Source: Candidatus Latescibacterota bacterium
Lineage (GTDB): Bacteria; Latescibacterota; UBA2968
DNA: 42,648 nt
Reading direction: 5' to 3'
NCBI GenBank assembly: GCA_038279365.1
Contig: JAYODI010000052.1
Coordinates: 1 to 42,648, forward strand
In this document: one piece after another, positions 6,735 to 16,723 of the stretch
Position numbering within the stretch: position 1 is the stretch's first letter
Layout of the letters: every line of letters starts with the position of its first letter
Notes under the pieces: model-generated
Seen by the model: only the letters and a program-made list of their open reading frames with translations
Database searches by the model: none
What the model was told of the DNA's origin: nothing
Program-made: the position numbers and the translations under genes

Positions 6735-8225
6735 ATGGAATTTGCAGACGGGTTGGTCAACTACGAAGCTTTTGGTGCAAAAGGAGACGGTGTTACAGAC
6801 GATATGCAAGCCATCTGCGACGCCCACGAATATGCCAATACACACAGGCTGAGTGTACGCACCAAGCCAGATGCCACCTACCACCTCGGAGCGCGCGCCC
6901 TCACCGCCGTGATCACCACCAATACCGATTGGAACACCTCGCGATTTACCTTAGACGACACACAGGTTGAAGATCATAAAAAATCGTTATTTGAAGTGCG
7001 TTCCTTGTTAGACCCCATAGAACTCCAAATTGACAAACTCACACGAGATCAAAAAAAGGTCGATGCACGCCCAGAGCGCGACTGTCATGTATTGGTCGAA
7101 AACGACAACAAAAGACTGTATATCCGAAGGGGACTCAATCAAAATAATGGTACGCCCCAACACGACTGCTTTGTGCTTCGCAAAGACGGCACCATAGACT
7201 CCCCCATCGACTGGCATTACGACACAGTGACTCGGGTAGAGGCCCACCCCATTGACGACGAACCTCTGATCATTCGCGGTGGTATTTTTACCACATTTGC
7301 AAACCGCATGAAACAAGATGTGGGCTACAATTATTGGTCTCGAAACATTGTGATCTCACGGTCAAACACCGAAATAGACGGCTTGACCCACTATGTTGTG
7401 GGAGAAACTTCGGTTGGTCACCCCTATTCGGGCTTTATCAGTGTGCGCCAATGTGCCGATGTCACCTTGCGAAACTGCTTTGCCACCGGCCACAAAATTT
7501 ACTCAACCATTGGCGCCGCAGGCAAACCCGTAAACATGGGCTCCTACGATTACAACGCCAACAATGTGGTTAATTTTAGCATGATCAACTGCAAAATGAA
7601 CCACATTACAGACCGCTCACGTTGGGGTGTGATTGGATCCAACTTCTGCAAAAACATTTTGCTCGAAGACTGCACCCTCTCCCGAATGGACACGCACATG
7701 GGCGTATCGGGCAGTTATGTCATCCGAGGTTGCACACTGGGCTGGATGGGCCTCAACGCCATTGGCCGTGGCGACCTTATCATCGAAGATGCCACACTAT
7801 ATGGAAGCACACTCGTTAGCTTCCGCAGAGACTATGGAAGCACCTGGGAAGGCGACCTTTTTATTCGCAACAGCAAATGGATACCGGCCTGTGGAGATAC
7901 CCAATTGCCTCACATGATCAACGTCAGCAACGATGGCATGCACGACTTTGGTTATCCCTGCTCTATGCCCACCACCGTCACCATTGATGGGCTGTTTGTC
8001 GACGATTCGAACCACCCCGAAGACTACCAAGGCATGTATTTCTTCACCGATCATGAAGCACCTAACGACGGCGTTGGAGAATTGCCCCCGTCTGCCGAAC
8101 GTCCCTATCCTTATGCCCCATGTCAAAAAATTTCTGTAAAAGGACTGACAACGGCCAGTGGCAAAAAACCACGCGTTTCTCCAAATGAGCAGGTCGCCAA
8201 CCTTGTTGACGTCATTGAAGCATGA
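6735..8225 (+). CDS. Parallel beta-helix (pectin-lyase-like) protein
   Basis: N-terminal YEAFGAKGDGVTDD motif and Asn/Cys-rich beta-helix periodicity; true start ATG 6735 after AAGGAG; no obvious signal peptide. Confidence 0.7.
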   Translation: MEFADGLVNYEAFGAKGDGVTDDMQAICDAHEYANTHRLSVRTKPDATYHLGARALTAVITTNTDWNTSRFTLDDTQVEDHKKSLFEVRSLLDPIELQIDKLTRDQKKVDARPERDCHVLVENDNKRLYIRRGLNQNNGTPQHDCFVLRKDGTIDSPIDWHYDTVTRVEAHPIDDEPLIIRGGIFTTFANRMKQDVGYNYWSRNIVISRSNTEIDGLTHYVVGETSVGHPYSGFISVRQCADVTLRNCFATGHKIYSTIGAAGKPVNMGSYDYNANNVVNFSMINCKMNHITDRSRWGVIGSNFCKNILLEDCTLSRMDTHMGVSGSYVIRGCTLGWMGLNAIGRGDLIIEDATLYGSTLVSFRRDYGSTWEGDLFIRNSKWIPACGDTQLPHMINVSNDGMHDFGYPCSMPTTVTIDGLFVDDSNHPEDYQGMYFFTDHEAPNDGVGELPPSAERPYPYAPCQKISVKGLTTASGKKPRVSPNEQVANLVDVIEA

Positions 8226-8234
8226 TGGATCCTC

Positions 8235-8828
8235 ATGTCGACCAAAAAGAGAACCACCCAAACCTACGATCAAATAGCCGAAGTCTTTTTTGAAAATAAT
8301 AAAGATCGCAGTCAAATTGAAGACAATCTCAATGAGTTTGCCAAACATTGTCAAGCAAATGATTTGATTTTAGATATTGGCTGTGGGCCAGGGTTTGATG
8401 GTGATCTTCTGCGATCAAAAGGGTTGCGCGTGATGGGGCTCGAACTTTCTGCCCAAATGATTAAGATCGGTAAAAAAAGATTTTCCACACCTGTCGTTCA
8501 AGCCGATATGGAAGCCCTTCCCTTTCAACAAAAAATAGATGGGTTGTGGGTCAATGCATCTTTGTTACACCTTGAAAGAAAAGCAGTCCCCAAAACCCTC
8601 GATGAGTTTTTTCGCGTGTTAAAACCCCAGGGCAAACTGTTCATCAGCGTCAAAAAAGGCGCTGGTGAACAGTGGGAAACGGGCGAAGAAAACGCACCGC
8701 GTTGGTTCACCTATTGGGCTGACGACAACTTGGCCGATGCGATCAGGGGCGCAGGGTTTCATATTCTCAAAATCTGGTCGAACCCTTTCTGGATAAAATG
8801 TTGTGCCATGAAACAATCCAAAAAATGA
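8235..8828 (+). CDS. Class I SAM-dependent methyltransferase
   Basis: ILDIGCGPG motif I, ADM..LPF, ASLLHL, RVLKPQG. Confidence 0.9.
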   Translation: MSTKKRTTQTYDQIAEVFFENNKDRSQIEDNLNEFAKHCQANDLILDIGCGPGFDGDLLRSKGLRVMGLELSAQMIKIGKKRFSTPVVQADMEALPFQQKIDGLWVNASLLHLERKAVPKTLDEFFRVLKPQGKLFISVKKGAGEQWETGEENAPRWFTYWADDNLADAIRGAGFHILKIWSNPFWIKCCAMKQSKK

Positions 8829-8858
8829 AATTACCCCACCCAATCAAGAGCCTGCAAA

Positions 8859-9560
8859 ATGATTCGCCAATCCACCCAAAATGACGTCTTGGCCGTTGAA
8901 TCCATTACCCAAGCCGTGTGGGATCAAAAAATCGATCACAAAACTTTTCGCGATCATGTTGACAGTGATACCCGTGTTATTCGTGTTGCCATCAAAAATG
9001 ACCATGTGGCCGGATTTGTCTCAACCTTCTTAACCGTTGATGTTCACAACAACCGCCGGTGGGAAATAGACCTGCTGGTTGTTAACCCCGAAAACCAAGG
9101 ACAAGGATGGGGCACGGCACTCATTCAAAGTGTTTGGGAGGATGCTCAAAAACACAAAGCCACTTTTGCCAGAGCAATGGTACGCACAGATAACATTGCC
9201 AGCCAAAAGGCATTTGCACACGCAGGTTATTCGACCAATGGCAAAAGCCACCATTTGTATTTGTGGCCCCCTCAAAAATGTGCCACACAAGTAACCATAC
9301 CCAAAGATGTAACCCTCTTACCCATGGACACACTCACATACCGGGGTCTTTGGATTGAAGGGCTAATCTCTCCCCACCTCACCCAAAAAGATCAAAGCGA
9401 TATTCTCTCAAAGGCACAAGACATCGTTGCCACTCAAAAACGCCACAATACGGGTGCCGCCATTCCCGTTGGTGAGGAAGCGACCTTATCTGAGGCCATT
9501 CGAAACAAAGGAAAGATTCACGGCGAATACAACTGGTGGATCAAATCAGTCAAAGAATAG
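8859..9560 (+). CDS. GNAT acetyltransferase with C-terminal extension
   Basis: LVVNPENQGQGWGTALI motif A; N.AS...F...GY. Confidence 0.85.
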   Translation: MIRQSTQNDVLAVESITQAVWDQKIDHKTFRDHVDSDTRVIRVAIKNDHVAGFVSTFLTVDVHNNRRWEIDLLVVNPENQGQGWGTALIQSVWEDAQKHKATFARAMVRTDNIASQKAFAHAGYSTNGKSHHLYLWPPQKCATQVTIPKDVTLLPMDTLTYRGLWIEGLISPHLTQKDQSDILSKAQDIVATQKRHNTGAAIPVGEEATLSEAIRNKGKIHGEYNWWIKSVKE

Positions 9561-9599
9561 CCTTAATTTCTAAAGTCAACACGATCGAAAGCAGACACA

Positions 9600-10349
9600 G
9601 TGGAATCACAATATCTCATAGAAGCGATACTGATGCGTGACCACATTCCTTCCTTCGCACACTATCCGTTCAACCTCAATGCGGTCAAAAATCTACACAC
9701 GCTCAAATGCCACCCTGCCCTGACCTACATCATTGGTGAAAATGGCAGTGGCAAATCGACACTGCTTGAAGCTATTGCTGTAGCCTTAGGGTTTAATCCC
9801 GAAGGGGGAACGCGCAACTTTGGATTTTCAACCCGTCAATCTCATTCTCAACTGTGGAAATATTTACGGCTTGCCAAAGGCATTCATTTGCCTCAAGATG
9901 GTTTTTTTCTTCGGGCTGAAAGCTTCTTCAATGTGGCCACGAACATTGAAGCCTTAGACGAAGAACCTGCACCTGCCCCACCCATCATCAATTCTTATGG
10001 CGGTGTCTCCCTCCATGAACAATCACACGGTGAAAGTTTTATGGCTTTGGCCATGAACCGCTTTGGAGGCAAAGGACTTTATATTTTAGACGAACCCGAA
10101 GCCGCACTTTCTCCCACACGCCAACTGGCCCTTCTTGCCCGCATTCACGAACTGATACAAAACGATTCGCAATTTATCATTGCCACACACTCGCCCATTC
10201 TCATGGCCTACCCCAATGCCACACACTACCAACTCGAAGCAGATGGCCCTCGTAAAGTGGCTTATACCGAAACCGAACACTTCGAAGTCACAAGAAACTT
10301 TCTCAACAATCATGAATCCGTTTTGAATATGCTCATGAATGACAAATAG
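9600..10349 (+). CDS. Predicted ABC/AAA ATPase (COG3910-like)
   Basis: GENGSGKST, FFLRAESF, LHEQSHGESF, YILDEPEAALSP, IATHSPIL. Confidence 0.9.
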   Translation: MESQYLIEAILMRDHIPSFAHYPFNLNAVKNLHTLKCHPALTYIIGENGSGKSTLLEAIAVALGFNPEGGTRNFGFSTRQSHSQLWKYLRLAKGIHLPQDGFFLRAESFFNVATNIEALDEEPAPAPPIINSYGGVSLHEQSHGESFMALAMNRFGGKGLYILDEPEAALSPTRQLALLARIHELIQNDSQFIIATHSPILMAYPNATHYQLEADGPRKVAYTETEHFEVTRNFLNNHESVLNMLMNDK

Positions 10350-10434
10350 AGTATCTCATTTTTATTTTCTGTTTACAAAAACATCCTTTTATAAAAAATC
10401 ACCACAATTCCTTTTGGTGGGCAAACAGAAACAC

Positions 10435-10463
10435 TTGCATATCTGTTTCTGACACTCTATCTT
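10435..10463 (+). promoter_or_regulatory. sigma70-like promoter for the sulfatase-enolase pair
   Basis: TTGCAT-17 bp-TATCTT. Confidence 0.5.
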
Positions 10464-10493
10464 GAGCGTCGTTCATTGCTCATTGGAGGTTTT

Positions 10494-11951
10494 ATGGCGC
10501 GCAACCTACTTTTTATTACCACCGACCAACAACGTTGGGACAGTCTGCCCTGTTACGGTTTAGACTTTATGCAAACCCCCAACCTCGACCGATTGGCACG
10601 CGAAGGCATGGTTTTTAACAATTGTATTGTGCCGTCACCCGTCTGTGTGCCCTGCCGAGCCACGATGATGAGCGGGCAATATCCTGCCGTCACAGGCGTG
10701 CTTGGCAATGGCCATTGGTTGCCCAGTCACGTGCCCACCTGGCCAGCCCTTATTGGCCAAACAGGGCGCAAAACAGTCGCCATTGGCAAAATGCATTTTA
10801 ACCCTTGGGATTCGCTTCAAGGGTTTGACGAACGCATTATGGCCGAAGACAAGCGCCATATTTACCTGCCAGATCACCACGTCCAATTCCTCGCAGCACA
10901 CGGCCTCGACAGGCCCCATCCCACCACCTTACCCCAATACTACGAAAACCTCGGTGGCTCCCTCACCCCACGCGACCGAAAGTTTCCCGTTTTTGGATTT
11001 GTGGGCGATCAAGCCGCACACTGGCTCAATCAAAACGGCTCTGAACCATTTGCTGCTTGGGTCAGCTTTCCTGGCCCGCACGACCCCTATGACCCACCCG
11101 AAGATATGGCCGACCTTTACGCCCAAGCACCTATTCCCGAACCCGTAGGATCACCTGAGGAATTGGCAAACAAACCCCCAGCCCAACGCAGCAGAGGGGG
11201 TGGCAGTGTGAACAACTCTATGTTTCGCATTGACTATTCCAAAGCCACACCCGAACACTACCGCAAATGGCGGCAACACTATTATGCCAACATCACTTTA
11301 ATAGACGAAGGCATTGGTAAAATTCTTTCGGCACTCGAATCTCACAATGTGCTCGACGATACCCTCATCATCTTCACCAGTGATCACGGTGATGCATTAG
11401 GAGATCACGGCCTGCCATTTAAAGGTTTTTTCTACGACTGTATGTCTCGCGTGCCCTTAATTATTCGTGGCCCCAACGTGCCGGCCAATCAGCGCAGTCT
11501 CTCTTTGGTGAGCACCATTGATCTCGTACCCCTTTTTTACAATACGTGCGAAGCCCAAGCACCCAATACCTTACAAGGTGAAGACATACGCCCCCTCTTT
11601 GAAAATCCATCCGCAGTGATTCGCAATGCCGCATTTTGTGAAATTGGTGGGCGTGTGATGGTGCGCACCCCCCAGTACAAATACGCACATTATGACGATG
11701 GTTCTTCAGAGCTTTACGACCTTGAAGCAGACCCCAATGAAATCAACAATCAGGCAGGCAAAAATGCGTTTAAAGAAATAGAAAATGAACTCAAAGCACG
11801 CTTGCTTGAACATTGGCTACACAACCAAGCCTTCCAATCGCGCTACGTATCTGCCCCACAATATTGGATGCGAAACGCACTTGAAGCCGATTATAAAAAA
11901 CAACAAACATCAGGTGGTGATACCAAATACCGCCCACTCTACAGCAAATAA
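10494..11951 (+). CDS. Formylglycine-dependent sulfatase (S1)
   Basis: NLLFITTDQQRWD, SPVCVPCR (CxPxR), GKMH, PHDP, TSDHG; ATG 10494 after GGAGG. Confidence 0.92.
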   Translation: MARNLLFITTDQQRWDSLPCYGLDFMQTPNLDRLAREGMVFNNCIVPSPVCVPCRATMMSGQYPAVTGVLGNGHWLPSHVPTWPALIGQTGRKTVAIGKMHFNPWDSLQGFDERIMAEDKRHIYLPDHHVQFLAAHGLDRPHPTTLPQYYENLGGSLTPRDRKFPVFGFVGDQAAHWLNQNGSEPFAAWVSFPGPHDPYDPPEDMADLYAQAPIPEPVGSPEELANKPPAQRSRGGGSVNNSMFRIDYSKATPEHYRKWRQHYYANITLIDEGIGKILSALESHNVLDDTLIIFTSDHGDALGDHGLPFKGFFYDCMSRVPLIIRGPNVPANQRSLSLVSTIDLVPLFYNTCEAQAPNTLQGEDIRPLFENPSAVIRNAAFCEIGGRVMVRTPQYKYAHYDDGSSELYDLEADPNEINNQAGKNAFKEIENELKARLLEHWLHNQAFQSRYVSAPQYWMRNALEADYKKQQTSGGDTKYRPLYSK

Positions 11952-12013
11952 GCGTGTTGTTTGTGTAAAAATATCATGCACAGAAAACACCACGCTTGTG
12001 AAAGGAGCATCCG

Positions 12014-13150
12014 TTGAAAATTACAAATGTCGAAACCATTCGCTTCAAAACCATTTCCAACACCGTACGCGACAGTGACGGACACGGACACCCTGGCCCA
12101 GAACGAGAATCGAGCCAAACCTTACTCAAAATCACCACCGACGAAGATGTATCGGGGTATTGGTTTGGTGCCAATGCACAAATTATGGAAAGCGTGGTCA
12201 AACCTGCTATTGTGGGCGAAGACCCCTTCAACCGCGAAAAAATCTGGCGCGATCTTAACCATCGCCAACGCCTCAATATGGGCACCATGTCTGACAAAGT
12301 GCTCATGGCCGTTGATTTGGCATTGTGGGATCTTGCCGGACGCTATTTGAATCAACCCGTTTACAAACTCCTCGGTGGTTACCGAGACAAAGTGCCTGCC
12401 TACGCATCCACCATGTGTGGCGACGATCTCGAAGGTGGGTTGGCCACCCCCAAAGACTATGCCAACTTTGCCGAGTGGGCCATGAAACGCGGTTACACCT
12501 CTTACAAACTTCACACATGGCAACCCCCCTACGACGGCGCCCCCAGTGTCAAACGCGACCTCGAAGCCTGTGCCGCCGTGCGCGAGGCCGTTGGCCCCGA
12601 CGTACCGCTCATGCTCGACCCCTATCACTATTACGACAGAGAATCTGCACTCGCGCTGGCCAAAGGATTGGAAAAGCTCGATTACTACTGGATGGAAGAA
12701 CCCATGGACGAGCACAGTATGTCATCTTATGTATGGCTGTGCGAACAAACCAGTTTGCCCATTTGCGGCCCAGAAACCTGCGAAGGAAAAATGTATGTAC
12801 GCGCCGAATGGATCAAAGCAGGTGCCTGCGACATCAGCCGCTGCGGTGTGGGCGATGTGGGCGGTCTCACACCGCTCATGAAAACCATTCATTTGTGTGA
12901 GTCTTTTGGTATGCGCTGCGAAATTCACGGCGGTGGCCCTGGCAATCTCCACGCCTTATGCGCCATGTCCAATGGTGAATTTTACGAACGCGGCTTGCTC
13001 CACCCCTTCATCGACTTTGACCAACCCGCACCCTATTTGCACGAACATGGTGAACCCATGGATGACAAGGGATTTGTGCACGTGCCACAAAGACCTGGCC
13101 TGGGCATGAACATCAATTGGGATTATATTGAAAAGAACAAAATCAGCTAA
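12014..13150 (+). CDS. Mandelate racemase/sugar-acid dehydratase family enolase
   Basis: DLALWDLAGR...PVYKLLGG.RDKVPAYAST, YKLH, LMLD, WMEEP, GPE; TTG start after AAGGAG. Confidence 0.9.
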   Translation: MKITNVETIRFKTISNTVRDSDGHGHPGPERESSQTLLKITTDEDVSGYWFGANAQIMESVVKPAIVGEDPFNREKIWRDLNHRQRLNMGTMSDKVLMAVDLALWDLAGRYLNQPVYKLLGGYRDKVPAYASTMCGDDLEGGLATPKDYANFAEWAMKRGYTSYKLHTWQPPYDGAPSVKRDLEACAAVREAVGPDVPLMLDPYHYYDRESALALAKGLEKLDYYWMEEPMDEHSMSSYVWLCEQTSLPICGPETCEGKMYVRAEWIKAGACDISRCGVGDVGGLTPLMKTIHLCESFGMRCEIHGGGPGNLHALCAMSNGEFYERGLLHPFIDFDQPAPYLHEHGEPMDDKGFVHVPQRPGLGMNINWDYIEKNKIS

Positions 13151-13169
13151 TCCTTTTTGAAACCCACAC

Positions 13170-13203
13170 AAAAAAAGCCGATACAACTGTATCGGCTTTT
13201 TTT
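13170..13203. terminator. Bidirectional intrinsic terminator
   Basis: A7-GCCGATACA-ac-TGTATCGGC-T7 between convergent genes. Confidence 0.85.
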
Positions 13204-13230
13204 ATTGTCATAACAGCCACACAATACCCA

Positions 13231-14634
13231 CTACTTATCCAAAAGCACCCACACCTTTCCATCTTCCACCTTCACATCATACATCCTCAACGGCACCCGC
13301 ACAGGCACCCGTTGAGGAGAACCATCCTTCAAATCAAACCGCCCATTGTGCTTGGGACATTCAATCTGATGCCCCATCACCACCCCATCGGCCAAACATG
13401 CCCGCCCGTGTGTGCACAACCCATCACTGGCATAATAGTCACCATCAACACTTCTATAAATCGCATAAACATCCTCACCCCGTTCAAATCGCATAACATC
13501 TTCAGGCTGCAAACCACCAGCATCACACACAGCAATCCAACCATTGACAAACTCAGCCTCCAAGGAAACAACTTCAGAATCTGCACCGGTCTGTGTAACA
13601 GAGGATGTTGGCAACTCGCGTTTCACAAAATACGTCGGATCTTTTGCTTGTTTGAACAGCGCCGGAATAATTTCTTGATAAGCCTCCCAAAGCCCTCGAT
13701 ACGGTTTGGGCATATCATCTTTTACCAAAGCATGAAGTTTGGGCACCGCATGATATGGCACCAAAGGAAACATATGGTGTTCAACGTGATAGTTCATATT
13801 CCAATACAAATATCGAAAAATAGGGTTCATATATACGGTGCGACAATTCAACCGATGATCCAACACATTTTCAGCCAATCCAGCATGTTGGGTCAAGCCA
13901 AAAACCACCATCAACCAAGATCCATAAAGTGTGGGCAAGCCCACATACATGAGTGGTAAAATGCTTTGTTGATAAATGGCCAAACCAATCACACACGCAT
14001 AAATGAGCAGATAAATGCGGGCCTTAAAAAACACTTTGCCATATTCACTCTCAGGAATATACGTCTGCTCATCGGGCTTCATTTTACCCACAGCATGCAA
14101 AAGCATTTCTTTAAATTCATTGCGCGTGCTCCGAATGGCAAAAAATGCCAAAAAAACACCCCACAAATCAACAGGCCGAGGCACCGCAATTTCAGGATCG
14201 CGCCCCACAATAATCGTATCACTGTGATGTCGGTTGTGACTCCACCGCCAACATGTTGATTCTCGAAAAACCATAAACGATGCAATTTCATAAAGCGCAT
14301 TGTTCATCCAATCGCTTTTAAAAGCGGTGCCATGGCTCGATTCGTGCCAACGGGAATCTGAAGAAGATGCATACAACACCCCATATACTGAAAACGGTAT
14401 CACCGCCCACCAACTCCCCCACCACACATACCCCCAATACCCTGTGCCAAATAACAGCGCAAACCACAAAAGCGTGTCACGCACCGCAGGACCGTTTCGT
14501 CGCTCCAACAATGCCCGAAATTGATCGCGCGGTATCGGTGAGCTATACCACGTTGCCGATGCCAAACCGCGTGCAACGGCCTCTTCGCTCGTTTTGCCCA
14601 CCAAACTGTAGTCCAATGTCTGTGTCGCTGCCAT
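13231..14634 (-). CDS. Fatty-acid-desaturase-like hydrocarbon oxygenase (MocD-like) fused to a C-terminal Rieske ferredoxin (MocE-like)
   Basis: His boxes HESSH, HNRHH, HVEHH; C-terminal CTH...CPKHNGRFD Rieske motifs; start ATG 14634 with TAAGGAG RBS. Confidence 0.88.
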   Translation of the reverse strand: MAATQTLDYSLVGKTSEEAVARGLASATWYSSPIPRDQFRALLERRNGPAVRDTLLWFALLFGTGYWGYVWWGSWWAVIPFSVYGVLYASSSDSRWHESSHGTAFKSDWMNNALYEIASFMVFRESTCWRWSHNRHHSDTIIVGRDPEIAVPRPVDLWGVFLAFFAIRSTRNEFKEMLLHAVGKMKPDEQTYIPESEYGKVFFKARIYLLIYACVIGLAIYQQSILPLMYVGLPTLYGSWLMVVFGLTQHAGLAENVLDHRLNCRTVYMNPIFRYLYWNMNYHVEHHMFPLVPYHAVPKLHALVKDDMPKPYRGLWEAYQEIIPALFKQAKDPTYFVKRELPTSSVTQTGADSEVVSLEAEFVNGWIAVCDAGGLQPEDVMRFERGEDVYAIYRSVDGDYYASDGLCTHGRACLADGVVMGHQIECPKHNGRFDLKDGSPQRVPVRVPLRMYDVKVEDGKVWVLLDK

Positions 14635-14920
14635 GGTCTTACTCCTTATCAGCCATTTACGATTTGCAAAAACACCAACACCGCAACCGACACCATCCCC
14701 CCACAACAAACGCCAATCTAAACCGCAATATAGGATCAAAAATGCCAATCCACAATGTCAGAAATTGGCCATTGTGACAGATTTCAACCTCTATTTTTTT
14801 ATATCCTTAAATGTTATTCATTTCCACAACAGGCAACACAAACAAAAACAGAACACACAAGCACATACAAAACAACATCTTAAACAGAATCACCCATCAA
14901 TTAATCTTTGATTTTCATTT

Positions 14921-14937
14921 TTGGCATGGAAATCGCT
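14921..14937 (+). promoter_or_regulatory. Putative sigma54 (-24/-12) promoter
   Basis: TTGGCATGGAAATCGCT with GG-N10-GC spacing; inverted repeat CACAATG/CATTGTG (14751-14776) ~150 bp upstream. Confidence 0.5.
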
Positions 14938-15010
14938 TGTAGAACAGTGCATTACAGACCGCCAAAAGACACCTCTCCCCGAGGTCTTTTGGAGCAAAAG
15001 GAGCAAAACA

Positions 15011-15163
15011 ATGAAACAAACACAACAAATCCAAGTGGTCGTGGTTACCGACAAGCCCAGCTTAAAACAAAAATTAATGGCCAAATTCTGTCGGCCCAAG
15101 CAAATGACCTTCAAAGCCAAATTGCATCGTTACCGGGCAATCCCCTCTGCGCAAGCTGCCTAA
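15011..15163 (+). CDS. Small basic hypothetical protein (50 aa)
   Basis: AGGAG 7 nt before ATG; own candidate promoter and terminator; MKQTQQIQVVVV...SAQAA. Confidence 0.5.
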   Translation: MKQTQQIQVVVVTDKPSLKQKLMAKFCRPKQMTFKAKLHRYRAIPSAQAA

Positions 15164-15188
15164 TATTTTTTTAGATTCTTTGAATCCC

Positions 15189-15233
15189 AAAAGTCTCGCC
15201 ACGATCTGCCCAGATATTGGCGGGACTTTTTTT
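15189..15233 (+). terminator. Intrinsic terminator
   Basis: AAAAGTCTCGCCA...TGGCGGGAC-T7. Confidence 0.7.
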
Positions 15234-15463
15234 ACAACCGCGAACAATCCAAATTGTTTATGGTGCCAGATTCCCCCATTCACGCGCTATAAACAAGATT
15301 TAAGGGGTGCTACAAAATTTGCCCCGATATTTTAGAAGAACAATTATCTCCCAACCTACGATCCCTTTTTGTGTTGCCCATTTCCCCAACAGCATGTATC
15401 ATGCAGAGCTGTTAAAAAACACAGAATTATTCAGCCTTAGGGCAACACATGAGGAGAGACTTT

Positions 15464-16624
15464 ATGGAAAAAGTAAGAATCGGTGTCATTGGCATTGGCA
15501 ATATGGGCAGCAGTCATGCCACCTATCTTAATGCCAATGAAATACCAGGTGCAGAATTAACCGCCGTTTGCGATTTAAAGCCAGACCGTATCAAATGGGC
15601 TCGTGAAAACTTAGGTGAAAACGTACGCACGTTCGACAACGCCGACGACCTATTGGCATCAGGTGCTGTAGATGCAGTCATGATCGCCACCCCACACTAC
15701 GAACATCCCGTCTGGGCCATCAAAGCAATGAACAGCGGTTTACACGCGCTTATTGAAAAACCAGCCGGCGTTTATACCAAACAAGTTAAAGAAATGAACG
15801 AAGTCGCCCAAAAAAGCGACCGCGTTTTTGGCCTGATGTTCAACCAACGCACGCTTTCACCTCATCAAAAACTCAAAGATCTCGTTGAATCAGGTGAATT
15901 AGGTAAAATCCAACGCACCAACTACATCATCACCACATGGTTCCGTTCGCAAAGCTACTACGATTCAGGGGGCTGGCGTGCCACTTGGGCTGGTGAAGGG
16001 GGCGGTGTCCTCATGAACCAATGTCCACACAACCTCGATCTGTGGCAATGGATTTGCGGTTTGCCAACCCGCGTTAGAGCTTTCATCGGGTTTGGCAAAT
16101 ACCACAACATCGAAGTAGATGACGAAGTCACAGCCTACGTAGAATACGAAAACGGTGCCACGGGTGTCTTTATCACCACAACAGGTGAAGCCCCAGGAAC
16201 CAATCGCTTCGAAATTGTTGGCGACAATGGCAAAGTGGTCATGGAAGGTGGAGACATCACTTTTTGGCGCACCCGTGAATCGGTGAGCAAATTCTGCAAA
16301 GAATACAAAGGTGGGTTTGGCAGCCCCGAAGTTTGGAAATGTGACATTCCCTCTGGAAAAGGCGGTGAAGCCCATCGTGGAATTACCAAAAACTGGGTCA
16401 GTGCCATTCAAAAAGGCACCCCCCTATTGGCACCTGGCACAGATGGCATTAACGGTGTTCAGTTGGCCAATGCCATGCTTCTTTCGGCCTGGACAGACAA
16501 TTGGGTGGACATTCCTGTTGATGACGATCTTTTCCACGAAAAATTGCAAGAGCAAGTCAAAAACAGCAAATCCCAAAAAGACGTTAATGCTGGCAAAACC
16601 TTGAATGTCTCTGGCACATATTAA
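15464..16624 (+). CDS. Gfo/Idh/MocA family NAD(P)-dependent oxidoreductase
   Basis: GVIGIGNMG, ATPHY.H, IEKP, WRATW.GEGGGVLMNQCPHNLDL. Confidence 0.93.
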   Translation: MEKVRIGVIGIGNMGSSHATYLNANEIPGAELTAVCDLKPDRIKWARENLGENVRTFDNADDLLASGAVDAVMIATPHYEHPVWAIKAMNSGLHALIEKPAGVYTKQVKEMNEVAQKSDRVFGLMFNQRTLSPHQKLKDLVESGELGKIQRTNYIITTWFRSQSYYDSGGWRATWAGEGGGVLMNQCPHNLDLWQWICGLPTRVRAFIGFGKYHNIEVDDEVTAYVEYENGATGVFITTTGEAPGTNRFEIVGDNGKVVMEGGDITFWRTRESVSKFCKEYKGGFGSPEVWKCDIPSGKGGEAHRGITKNWVSAIQKGTPLLAPGTDGINGVQLANAMLLSAWTDNWVDIPVDDDLFHEKLQEQVKNSKSQKDVNAGKTLNVSGTY

Positions 16625-16631
16625 TAAAACA

Positions 16632-16667
16632 CTTACCGGTATGATAAAACATCATCATACCGGTAAG
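16632..16667 (+). terminator. Hairpin after the oxidoreductase (probable terminator/stabiliser)
   Basis: CTTACCGGTATGAT/ATCATACCGGTAAG 14-bp stem; no clear U-tract. Confidence 0.55.
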
Positions 16668-16699
16668 GTTAGACTTGTATTAATTTATTATTCTTTTTA

Positions 16700-16723
16700 T
16701 ATTGTCACATTAATGTGACAATA
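16700..16723. promoter_or_regulatory. Perfect 24-bp palindrome, candidate transcription-factor site
   Basis: TATTGTCACATTAATGTGACAATA, ~90 bp upstream of the HDOD regulator. Confidence 0.55.
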
